Assembly (NCBI GenBank): GCA_040751795.1
Contig: JBFMHR010000004.1
Location: 64,001-128,000 of the forward strand
Source: Thermoplasmatota archaeon
GTDB lineage: Archaea > Thermoplasmatota > Thermoplasmata > UBA10834
Reading direction: 5' to 3'
DNA: 64,000 bases
Positions within the stretch are counted from its first letter, which is position 1; each line of letters opens with the position of its first letter. Shown here piece by piece: positions 1-8,244 of the stretch. Position numbers and translations under genes: made by a program. The notes below the pieces were generated by a model that ran no database searches, was not told the origin of the DNA, and saw nothing but the letters and a program-made list of their open reading frames with translations.

Positions 1-453
1 GAAGATCTTCGTGAGCTTCTGGTCGAATCCGAGGGCGATGATGTCCAGGGCGTTCTCGTAGCCCCACTTCTTGGTCTCCTCGAGGGTCAGGTGGTCGTAG
101 AACATGAACTTCTCGTCGTCCGTCAGCTGGAACCAGAGGTTGACCTTGAACACGTCCTGGAGGTACTTGGTGAACTCCCAGGGCATCAGGTGCCCGAGGT
201 GGATCGGCCCAGAGGGCCCGCGTCCGGTGTAGAGCGCGAACTTGTTCCCCTTGTCGTACTCGTTCAGCACCCAGTCGAGGTCCCTGTGGGAGTAGAAGAC
301 CTCCCTCCTGAGCATGTGGTGGAGCGGGCCGTACCTGGAGATCCTCTTCAGGAGCGCCCCGTCTATCCTCTTCGTGCCGAAGCGCTCGACCAGGACGTCG
401 TAGTCGACCTCGCCCGAGACCCCGTAGGGGGTGACGACGAACTCTTTGTTCAT
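1..453 (-). CDS. trpS: Tryptophanyl-tRNA synthetase (5' part; runs off the window edge)
   Basis: Manual translation of the minus strand from ATG at 453: MNKEFVVTPYGVSGEVDYDVLVERFG...RREVFYSHRD...LYTGRGPSGPIHLGH...FQLTDDEK, the archaeal/eukaryotic TrpRS signature with a HIGH-like motif. Confidence 0.93.
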   Translation of the reverse strand, partial: MNKEFVVTPYGVSGEVDYDVLVERFGTKRIDGALLKRISRYGPLHHMLRREVFYSHRDLDWVLNEYDKGNKFALYTGRGPSGPIHLGHLMPWEFTKYLQDVFKVNLWFQLTDDEKFMFYDHLTLEETKKWGYENALDIIALGFDQKLTKIF

Positions 454-582
454 CCGCTATCGGGGCCTCGGTTAGAGGTTCTGACATTATATTCCTTTGC
501 CATGTGGCGGGGCCTCCAGCCGGGGAAGGTTTTTACCCTGCCACCCCTCTCTGCGACCAGCACAGTGTCGGAAGGTGTCGAG

Positions 583-1515
583 ATGGGAATGTGGAAACAG
601 GCAGTCGTGTGCGCGCTCTCTCTGGTGGCAGTCATGTCCGTGTTCGCGGCCCCCGCTGCGGCCACGGACCGCTCGGAGGGCGACTACTGGGTGTACGAAG
701 GTGAGATGGAATACGAGGGGATCGCGGTCACGGGAACGTTCAGATACGAGTTCGAGGAGAAGGACTCCCTGACGGTCGGCTCGGAGACCTATGATGTCAA
801 CGTCATGAAGGTGACGGGCTCGATGACGGGCGAGACCGACGACTTCCTGGGCATCTCGGCCACGGTGGAGATGACCTTCGACGGATACTCCTACGACCTA
901 GTGGGTGGCATGGCCGTGGTCAAGGAGGACATGCACATGTGGGCGAACCTCACCATCGGGACTGGCTCGCTGGCCATCGTCACGATGGTGGAGACGCAGG
1001 ACGTCACCACGAACTCCCCGCCGTTCATGTCGGGGTTCGTCGACGGCGAGACCGGGGCCGGGGACCAGTGGAACGAGACGGTCGAGGTCTCCACGACATC
1101 CACTACATGGATCGACGGTGCGATGGAGGACACGTACAGCGGCACCTACACCGAGGACCACGCCTTCACCGTCGCCGCGGCCGAGGAGAGCGTGACTGTC
1201 GACGCCGGGACGTTCTCGTGCCTCAAGATCACCGCCACGGGGGAGTGGGACGACTACATCGTCTACTGGTACTCACCTGACGTGGCCGGCTGGGTGAAGA
1301 TGTCCTCGTACTCGATGGGCGAGACCTCGCCGTACATGACCATCGAGCTCTCCGAGTACACCCACGGCGGGCTCTCCGCGACGATGGTCCTCATGATCGT
1401 CGGGGCCGTGGCCATCATCGCGGTCGTCATCGTGGTCGCGCTCCTCATGCTCAGGAGGGGCAGGACCCCGACTCAGGTCCCGCCGCCGATGCCCCCGCCG
1501 CCTCCGACAGGGTGA
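583..1515 (+). CDS. Secreted/cell-surface protein with C-terminal TM anchor and Pro-rich tail
   Basis: True start probably ATG 583/589 within ORF 91..1515; N-terminal signal peptide (..SVFAAPAAA), acidic Thr/Gly/Tyr-rich beta-like body, C-terminal hydrophobic helix followed by RRGR and PPPMPPPPP. Confidence 0.75.
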   Translation: MGMWKQAVVCALSLVAVMSVFAAPAAATDRSEGDYWVYEGEMEYEGIAVTGTFRYEFEEKDSLTVGSETYDVNVMKVTGSMTGETDDFLGISATVEMTFDGYSYDLVGGMAVVKEDMHMWANLTIGTGSLAIVTMVETQDVTTNSPPFMSGFVDGETGAGDQWNETVEVSTTSTTWIDGAMEDTYSGTYTEDHAFTVAAAEESVTVDAGTFSCLKITATGEWDDYIVYWYSPDVAGWVKMSSYSMGETSPYMTIELSEYTHGGLSATMVLMIVGAVAIIAVVIVVALLMLRRGRTPTQVPPPMPPPPPTG

Positions 1516-1521
1516 TGGCAG

Positions 1522-2025
1522 GTGTCCCCTGACCATGCGGTAGCCAGGAGGGTCTCCGAGTCGAGGTCGGTCGTCGCCAGGGTGATGATGCCCCAGGACG
1601 CGAACATCGCCGGGAACGTCTTCGGGGGGACCATACTCAAGACCGTCGACGAGATCGCCTACGTCGCGGCCACTCAGCACGCGCGCGCGAACGTCGTCAC
1701 GGCGTCGGTCGACCGGATGGCCTTCCTGTCCCCGGTCCACGTGGGCGACCTCCTGACACTCAAGGCGAACGTGAACGCCGTGTGGAGGTCGTCGATGGAG
1801 GTCGGCGTCCGCATCGAGGCCATGGACCCCAGGACGGGAGAGGTGAGGCACACCGGGTCTTCGTACCTGACGGTCGTCGCCCTTGGGCCCGACGGCGCCC
1901 CGTGCCCCGTCCCACGCCTCGAGCTGGAGACGGACGAGGACGTGCGCCGGAACCGCGAGGCACTCGCCCGCAGGGCGAGGAGGCTCGAGGAGAAGGCCGT
2001 CGAGAGGTTCAGGTCGAAGGCGTGA
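1522..2025 (+). CDS. Acyl-CoA thioesterase (hotdog fold)
   Basis: PQDANIAGNVFGGTILKTVD..A, VVTASVDRMAFLSPVHVGD, SSMEVGV motifs. Confidence 0.92.
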   Translation: MSPDHAVARRVSESRSVVARVMMPQDANIAGNVFGGTILKTVDEIAYVAATQHARANVVTASVDRMAFLSPVHVGDLLTLKANVNAVWRSSMEVGVRIEAMDPRTGEVRHTGSSYLTVVALGPDGAPCPVPRLELETDEDVRRNREALARRARRLEEKAVERFRSKA

Positions 2026-2117
2026 CCCCGCCCCGAGGGGTATTTCAAACTTCTGCACGCGGGGACTCCGGGGTATTTATCGGAGAACCAGTTTCACCCT
2101 CATAGCAGGAGGATAGA

Positions 2118-3578
2118 TTGTCCAAAGCGGTTTTCGACCCCCTGAGCAAGGAGCAGGAGGACGCGGTGCACCTGGAGTCCATCAGGATCCTGGAGCAGGT
2201 GGGCATCAAGGTGACGAGCCACAGGGTGCTCGCCATGCTGAAGGAGAAGGGCGCGGTCGTGGACGACCGGAGCCAGGTCGCCCGGCTCTCGGAGGCGATG
2301 GTGGAGGAGGCCCTCTCGAAGGCGCCGAAGGAGTTCGTGATGGCCGCCAGGGACCCGCGCTGGGACCTGTCCCTCCCCGCGACCAGCAGGGTCTACGGGG
2401 TCAACGACGGCCAGCCCACCGACGTCTGGGACATGGACGCCCAGGTGAAGCGGAAGTCGACCGCCCGCGACCTCGTGGACCTCACCCTCGTGTGCGACGC
2501 GATGCCGGAGGTGGACCTGTACTGGCCCGAGGTGGTCGCCACCGACCTCCCCCCGGACGTCTCCAACAGCCACGAGTTCGTGGCGTCGCTCTTCAACACG
2601 GGCAAGCACATCCAGCACGGCGCGGGGTCGGTCGAGGACGCGAGGTTCCTGATCGACGCGGCCGCAGCGGTCGTCGGGTCGGAGAAGGACCTGGCCAAGA
2701 GGCCCATCATCTCGATCACGCACACGCCCATCACGCCACTGAGGTACGAGGAGGGGGACATCGAGGCCGCGGTGGAGTTCGCCCTCGCAGGACTCCCCGT
2801 CGTGCACCTCTCGATGGCCATCTCGGGCTCCGTCGCCCCGGTGACGCTGGCGGGCACGGTCGCCCTGGTGAACGCGGAGAACCTGGCGGGATTCGTGATC
2901 TCCCAGGCCGCCAAGGCCGGCGCGCCCGTCCTGTACAGCTCCGAGTCCGGCCCGATGGACATGAAGACCGGCGTGTTCCTCTCCGGCTCGACCGAGGGCG
3001 CCCTCATCAACTCGGCGGGGTGCCAGATGGCGCGCAGGTACCGGATGCCCTCGCAGGTCGGCGGCACCGCCGCATCGGGGTGCAGGCCGGGGTACGAGGT
3101 CGGCTACCAGAAGGCCATCAGCGGGCTCCTCCCGGTCATGGCGGGCGCGGACCAGGTCGTAGGCATAGGCGGCTTCGAGCGCTCGGGCTGCGAGTCCGTC
3201 GAGCAGGTCGTCATGGACTGCGAGCTCTGGAGGAACATCCTCCGCGCGTGGAGGGGCATCGACGTCGGGAGGGAGACCCTCGCCTTCGACGCCATCTCCA
3301 GGGTGGGCCCGGGCGGCTACTTCATGAAGGACGTCCACACCCTCAGGCACTTCAGGAGGGAGAACCTCCTGCCCAGGATCGCCATGCTCCCGCCGCCCCA
3401 GGACTCCGCCGAGGAGCCCATCAGGGTTGCGGCCCGCAGGGAGGCCAAGAGGATCCTCGCCGATCACAGACCGCCGCCGATCGAGAAAGGCGCCGCCGAC
3501 GAGGTCAAGGCCATTCTGAGGAGGTACGACGAGGCGACCATCAAGGCGGCCGTCCCGACGGACTACCTCAGGTACTGA
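2118..3578 (+). CDS. Trimethylamine methyltransferase (MttB) superfamily protein, non-pyrrolysine
   Basis: IH..S..ILE.VG N-terminus, TPLRY, APVTLAGTVALVNAENLAG, MDMKTG, QMARRYRMP motifs; no in-frame TAG. Confidence 0.9.
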   Translation: MSKAVFDPLSKEQEDAVHLESIRILEQVGIKVTSHRVLAMLKEKGAVVDDRSQVARLSEAMVEEALSKAPKEFVMAARDPRWDLSLPATSRVYGVNDGQPTDVWDMDAQVKRKSTARDLVDLTLVCDAMPEVDLYWPEVVATDLPPDVSNSHEFVASLFNTGKHIQHGAGSVEDARFLIDAAAAVVGSEKDLAKRPIISITHTPITPLRYEEGDIEAAVEFALAGLPVVHLSMAISGSVAPVTLAGTVALVNAENLAGFVISQAAKAGAPVLYSSESGPMDMKTGVFLSGSTEGALINSAGCQMARRYRMPSQVGGTAASGCRPGYEVGYQKAISGLLPVMAGADQVVGIGGFERSGCESVEQVVMDCELWRNILRAWRGIDVGRETLAFDAISRVGPGGYFMKDVHTLRHFRRENLLPRIAMLPPPQDSAEEPIRVAARREAKRILADHRPPPIEKGAADEVKAILRRYDEATIKAAVPTDYLRY

Positions 3579-3649
3579 ACGCCACCGCGCGAGTAGTGGC
3601 CTGTGAAGGGTTATCTTCACCGAGACCGATGACCGGCCGCTGTGATAGC

Positions 3650-4768
3650 ATGGGCTTCTCCGATGGGTCAGGGTACGACAGGTCGCTGAGGGCGGGGGCG
3701 AGGGCGTGCGTGGACGACGTCCTCGGCCTGAAGAAGGGCGAGACGCTGCTGGTCATAACCAACCCGAACCGCGAGGTCCGGGAGATCTCCATGGCCATAT
3801 TCGACGCCGCCGAGGGGGCGGGCGCGTCCCCCGTTGTGGCTTTCCAGCCGGAGAAGGGCCAGTTCGACTTCACCGAGGCGTCCATAGTCGCTGCGATGCG
3901 GGCGGAGCCGGACGCCATACTCTCCATGAGCGCGGACAGGCTGGGCAAGGACAGGGTCGGGCTCCAGAAGGGCTACAAGGGGAAGAGGAAGTACAACGAC
4001 TACTTCGAGCTCCTCTACGAGGAGAAGAAGTCGAGGGCCTTCTGGTCCCCGGGGATCACCAAGGACATGTTCAGGCGGACGGTCCCGATCGACTACACGA
4101 GGCTGAGGTCGGACTGCAGGCGGCTCGTCAAGCTGCTGGCCGCGTCCTCCGAGGCCAGGGTCACGGCGCCGGGAGGGACCGACATCCGCATCGGCGTCAA
4201 GGGCAGGAAGGCCCGGCCCGACGACGGGGACTTCAGGAGGCCCGGCGCGTCCGGGAACGTCCCGTCGGGAGAGGTGTACGTGTCGCCCGCGCTGGGCACC
4301 GCCCAGGGCGTCATCGCGTTCGACGGTTCCATGGTCCTCAACGAGGGCGAGGTCGTGATCAGGACGCCCATAGTCGCCGAGGTCGAGGGCGGGTTCATCA
4401 CCGCGATCTCCGGGAGGTCTGAGGCCGACAGGCTCAGGGCCTCTATAGCCTCCGCCCGGTCCAAGACGAGGAAGATGGTCTCCCAGGGCCTCCTCCCGAG
4501 GAAGAGCCTCGAGTCCTACTCCAGGAACGCCTCGTCGATAGGGGAGCTGGGGATAGGGCTCAACAGGCGCGCGAGGATCGTCGCGAACATGCTCGAGGAC
4601 GAGAAGGTCTACGGGACGTGCCACTTCGCCGTGGGCAGCAACTACGACGGGGACGCGGAGGCGCTGATCCACCTGGACGGGATAGTCAAGAGGCCGACCA
4701 TCACCCTGGTCTCCCACTCCGGCAAGGAGACGGTAGTGATGGAGTCCGGGAAGCTGAGCTGGGACTGA
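3650..4768 (+). CDS. Aminopeptidase, M29/thermophilic metalloprotease family
   Basis: C-terminal part of ORF 2492..4768; GNVPSGEVY, IGELGIGLN, LEDEKVYGTCHFAVGSN, IHLDG motifs. Confidence 0.88.
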   Translation: MGFSDGSGYDRSLRAGARACVDDVLGLKKGETLLVITNPNREVREISMAIFDAAEGAGASPVVAFQPEKGQFDFTEASIVAAMRAEPDAILSMSADRLGKDRVGLQKGYKGKRKYNDYFELLYEEKKSRAFWSPGITKDMFRRTVPIDYTRLRSDCRRLVKLLAASSEARVTAPGGTDIRIGVKGRKARPDDGDFRRPGASGNVPSGEVYVSPALGTAQGVIAFDGSMVLNEGEVVIRTPIVAEVEGGFITAISGRSEADRLRASIASARSKTRKMVSQGLLPRKSLESYSRNASSIGELGIGLNRRARIVANMLEDEKVYGTCHFAVGSNYDGDAEALIHLDGIVKRPTITLVSHSGKETVVMESGKLSWD

Positions 4769-4805
4769 GAGAAGGTTTAACTGCAGGCCCTCACTTCCGA
4801 GACGC

Positions 4806-5642
4806 ATGGAGGAGCGGGTCCTGCCGGGCGCGGCGGACCAGGACAGGTTCGACAGGTCCAGGAGGGTCGGATGGCTCGACCTCGAGTCGGTCTTCCGGTC
4901 CAGGGTCCTCATGCTCGGGGCGGGCGCCCTCGGCAACGAGGTCGCCAAGTGCCTCGCGCTCTCCGGCTTCAGGAGGGTCACCGTCGTGGACATGGACCAC
5001 GTCGTCGGCTCGAACCTGAACAGGTGCCTCTTCTTCACGTCGGAGGACGCGACCGCCCGCAGCAGCAAGGCGGAGGTCGTGGCCAGGGGCATCGAGCGGC
5101 TCTCCCCGGAGGCCAGGGCGAGGGCCATCGTGGGGAGGCTCGAGGACATCCCGGACGGCCTCTACCGGGAGTTCGACGTCGTCGTGGGTTGCCTCGACAA
5201 CATAGGCGCCAGGGTACACGCGAACTCCCGCGCCTACATGGCCGGGAGGCCGTACATAGACGGGGGCATGGAGGGCTTCTCCGGGAAGGTGATGGTCTGC
5301 CTCCCGCCGGACGGGCCGTGCGTCCAGTGCGGGATGAACAGGTCCCACGCGAGGGTCGCCGGGCTCAGGTTCAGCTGCACGGGCAAGGGGGTGGTGTTCC
5401 ACGAGCCGAGGCTGGCCGCGGAGATCACGACCACCAGCGTGGTGTCGGCGGTGATGGTCAGGGAGTGCCTGAAGGTGGTCTCGGGCAGGGGTGACACGGC
5501 CTTGAGGAACACGCTCTACTACGACGGGCAGAGGAACGTGGCGGAGGAGCTCGAGGTCCCCCTCGACCCGAGGTGCCCGAACCACCCGGCGAAGGTGCTA
5601 CAGGTATCCGAAAACCATATAACATCAGGCTCTGTCCAGTAG
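4806..5642 (+). CDS. E1-like ubiquitin/Ubl-activating enzyme (ThiF/MoeB/E1 family)
   Basis: GAGALG nucleotide-binding loop, DMDHV..SNLNRC, CLDN..AR, Zn site PCVQC...RCPNH, candidate catalytic Cys in RFSCTG; no rhodanese domain. Confidence 0.9.
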   Translation: MEERVLPGAADQDRFDRSRRVGWLDLESVFRSRVLMLGAGALGNEVAKCLALSGFRRVTVVDMDHVVGSNLNRCLFFTSEDATARSSKAEVVARGIERLSPEARARAIVGRLEDIPDGLYREFDVVVGCLDNIGARVHANSRAYMAGRPYIDGGMEGFSGKVMVCLPPDGPCVQCGMNRSHARVAGLRFSCTGKGVVFHEPRLAAEITTTSVVSAVMVRECLKVVSGRGDTALRNTLYYDGQRNVAEELEVPLDPRCPNHPAKVLQVSENHITSGSVQ

Positions 5643-5655
5643 GCAGGTGGTCGCC

Positions 5656-5895
5656 ATGACGTTCAGGCTCAAGGTGAAGAATGCCGAGACGGGGGCGACG
5701 GTGGAGATGGAGCTGGACGACGACAACACCGTCGACGAGATGATCGAGAGCGCTGCCACGTTCTGGAACAAGGACATGGGCGCGTACGTGCTCAGGAAGG
5801 GCAAGAAGGTCCTCCGGGGCGGGTCCACGCTCAAGGAGTCCGGCGTGATGGCCGAGGACGTGCTGGAGCTCATCCCCGACCCCGAGGGCGGATAG
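5656..5895 (+). CDS. Ubiquitin-like protein (beta-grasp) with free C-terminal Gly-Gly
   Basis: 79 aa from ATG 5656 (GTG 5647 alternative): FRLKVKN..G.TVEMEL...NTV..M...TLKESGVMAEDVLELIPDPEGG-stop, resembling ubiquitin's TL.DY.I...STLHLV..GG; lies between E1 and E2. Confidence 0.88.
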   Translation: MTFRLKVKNAETGATVEMELDDDNTVDEMIESAATFWNKDMGAYVLRKGKKVLRGGSTLKESGVMAEDVLELIPDPEGG

Positions 5896-5900
5896 TCCGG

Positions 5901-6422
5901 ATGTCCCTGCCGATAGACGTCCTGAGGCTGCGCATCAAGAACGAGATCGACGCATGCCAGCGAGAGCTGCGCCACCACATCTCCGTCTCGGACCCGACGC
6001 TCAGCCGCTTCCCCATCCAGATCAACGTTCATCTCCTCCGCGTCCCCGGCCCCGCCTGGGAGGACGGGAGGGTTGTGCACCTCTTCGTCCACAAGTTCGC
6101 GCTCATCATAGGCGAGGACTACCCGATGGAGAAGCCGATCGTCAAGTGGATGACGCCCATATTCCACCCCAACATCATGCCCCCCGAGGACGGGGGCTAC
6201 GTCTGCACCAAGCTCCTCGAGAACTGGGACCTCAGCTCGAGCCTGTCGGCCTTCATAATCGGCCTAGAGTCCCTGCTCTCCAACCCGAACCCCGGGAACC
6301 CGTTCGGCTCGGACGCGTGCACGCGTGCGGCCGCCTACTTCAACAGGAACAGGTACTCGCCCCCCTCGCAGATGGACCAGTCGGACAGGAGGGTCAGGAT
6401 CGTGGGGGCGTCCCATGGCTAG
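5901..6422 (+). CDS. E2 ubiquitin-conjugating enzyme (UBC fold)
   Basis: YPMEKPIVKWMTPIFHPNI..GYVC..L.NW...LESLLSNPNPGNPF..AA.YF matches the UBC consensus YP..PP.V.F.T.I.HPNI...G.IC..L..W...I..LL..PN...PL. Confidence 0.92.
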   Translation: MSLPIDVLRLRIKNEIDACQRELRHHISVSDPTLSRFPIQINVHLLRVPGPAWEDGRVVHLFVHKFALIIGEDYPMEKPIVKWMTPIFHPNIMPPEDGGYVCTKLLENWDLSSSLSAFIIGLESLLSNPNPGNPFGSDACTRAAAYFNRNRYSPPSQMDQSDRRVRIVGASHG

Positions 6423-7059
6423 GCCGAAGGTGGTGAGGGAGACCAGGCGGAGCCCGGAGGAGAGGCGCCCGCCGGCCGCGGGCTCGCTGCGCCCTCACGG
6501 GTGGCTGTCCCCGGACTCCTTGGCCGCGTACGAGGAGGCTCTGTCCTCCGGGGCACCATTCCCCCTGTACATCTCCTCGCACGCCGAGGCGCTGATGCGC
6601 TCCCACGCCGAGAGGGAGGCGCCGCGGAGGCTCGAGGTGATGGGATTCATGCTCGGGGAGGTCGCCTCCTGGGAGGGCTCGGTGTACGCGACAGTGAGGG
6701 ACGCCGCCTCGACGGACCTGAAGAGCAGCCCCTCGAAGGTCAGGTTCGACCGCGACGCCTTCCCGAAGCTCTTCGGGGACATGGACGGCTCGGGCTTCGA
6801 CTACATCATCGTCGGGTGGTACCACTCCCACCCCGGCCACACATGCTTCCTCTCGAGGACGGACCTGGAGACCCAGAGGACCATGTTCGACCAGCCCTAC
6901 CACTCCGCCCTCGTGATAGACCCCCTGAGCGAGGACGTCAAGGCGTTCAGGCTCGCCGGCCGGGGGTACGAGGAGGTCCCCTTCGCCGTCACCGACGCGA
7001 TCTCCCCCGCCAGGCGGGTGGGGGGAAGGACCCGGAGGCTCAGGGCGGGCCAATCCTGA
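6415..7059 (+). CDS. JAB/MPN+ (JAMM) metalloisopeptidase, Rpn11/CSN5-like
   Basis: ATG 6415 overlaps the E2 stop; EVMGFMLG...GWYHSHPGHTCFLSRTD..TQ...ALVIDP, a full E-x(n)-HxH-x7-S-x2-D motif. Confidence 0.92.
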   Translation: MARPKVVRETRRSPEERRPPAAGSLRPHGWLSPDSLAAYEEALSSGAPFPLYISSHAEALMRSHAEREAPRRLEVMGFMLGEVASWEGSVYATVRDAASTDLKSSPSKVRFDRDAFPKLFGDMDGSGFDYIIVGWYHSHPGHTCFLSRTDLETQRTMFDQPYHSALVIDPLSEDVKAFRLAGRGYEEVPFAVTDAISPARRVGGRTRRLRAGQS

Positions 7060-7106
7060 GGGAAAAGCTATTCGTGCCGCCCGTCTTAGGGTCCTATCGG
7101 TGTGAG

Positions 7107-8240
7107 ATGGCCCCTGGATGTACGCCCGCCCTCCTCATCGCGCTCGCGTTCCTGTCCATGTGTGCCTCGGGGCTCGCCGCAGGCGAGGACGGGGACGACT
7201 ATGCGATCTTCTACAGCGTCGACGACACGAAGGTCAGCATAGTCTCGGGCAACCTCACCGTGGCCGTCACCAGGGACTGGCCGAGGGTGCTCTTCTGGCA
7301 CTCGGATGACCCGTTCTCCCCCACCTTCGAGGTCGGTTTCCCGAAGCTCTACCTGTTCAACGACACCGACAGGGACGGCAGGTTCTGCAGGTCGGAGGCC
7401 GTCTACACCGTCTACCTCGACTCGAACCGGGTGGAGTGGAACCTCTCCTCGGTCTCGTTCGGCTACGAGGGCGAGCTTGGGGAGTCCATATCCTTCTCGA
7501 TGACCGCAAGGGCGAACGCCTTCAACGACACGCTCGACGCGCCCCCGGCCGTCGAGTCGTGGGCCAACGTGACGTTCTGGTTCAGGGTCGCCGAGAACAC
7601 GACCACCGTCGCCAACCCCGCCGGCTCGTACGGCCTGTCGGGGAAGACGGAGATGCTCGTCGACATGAGCATCGAGGTCACCAACAGGACTGAGTTCGAC
7701 GCGGTCGCCCTGGAGCGCTTCCTGCAGGGCGGGGGCACGACCGACATGTTCGAGATACTCGAGGACGGCCGGGACGGGGCCGTGAGCGCGGTGCTCTCTG
7801 GCAGGGTCGACGAGAGCGCCGGTGACGGGGACTTCACGAGGCCCCTGAACATGACGGACTCCGCAGTCCAGAGCATCGAGTTCGCGAAGGACGACGGCAC
7901 GGTCCAGGCGTTCTACAGCTGGGGCTCGGAGGCCGTGGACGCGAGCGGGTCCACGCCAGGGGTCCACCTCAACTCGTCGTGCTTCACGACCGGGGCCGGG
8001 CTCATCCTTCACTCCGTCGTGCCGCTGTCCAACGGGACCGCATCCATCTCGCACGACTCGAGCGTCGGCCTGGTCGAGGAGGGCTTCGTCGGGGCCATGA
8101 CGGACTGGATAAGGGAGCACGGCCTCGTGCTGGGGTCGGCAGCGGCCGTCGCCGCCGTGGCGGGCGTCGTCGCGCTGCACCTGGTCCTGAGGCGGAGGCG
8201 CTTCGGAGGGGAAGGCCCCGAGGAGAGAGGCGCCAAGTGA
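7107..8240 (+). CDS. Secreted/surface glycoprotein with C-terminal TM anchor
   Basis: Signal peptide after ATG 7107, many N-x-S/T sequons, acidic composition, C-terminal hydrophobic helix followed by RRRR. Confidence 0.72.
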   Translation: MAPGCTPALLIALAFLSMCASGLAAGEDGDDYAIFYSVDDTKVSIVSGNLTVAVTRDWPRVLFWHSDDPFSPTFEVGFPKLYLFNDTDRDGRFCRSEAVYTVYLDSNRVEWNLSSVSFGYEGELGESISFSMTARANAFNDTLDAPPAVESWANVTFWFRVAENTTTVANPAGSYGLSGKTEMLVDMSIEVTNRTEFDAVALERFLQGGGTTDMFEILEDGRDGAVSAVLSGRVDESAGDGDFTRPLNMTDSAVQSIEFAKDDGTVQAFYSWGSEAVDASGSTPGVHLNSSCFTTGAGLILHSVVPLSNGTASISHDSSVGLVEEGFVGAMTDWIREHGLVLGSAAAVAAVAGVVALHLVLRRRRFGGEGPEERGAK

Positions 8241-8244
8241 GCCG

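Noticed and set aside
2118-3578. Pyrrolysine (amber read-through) in the MttB-like genes (also 48173-49600)
   Set aside because: Both ORFs are full-length without in-frame TAG, and no pyl genes are in the window
4806-5895. Interpreting E1 plus the GG-protein as a MoeB/MoaD or ThiF/ThiS sulfur-relay pair
   Set aside because: No rhodanese, MoaE or ThiG nearby, and the adjacent catalytically intact E2 and Rpn11-like JAB point to conjugation instead
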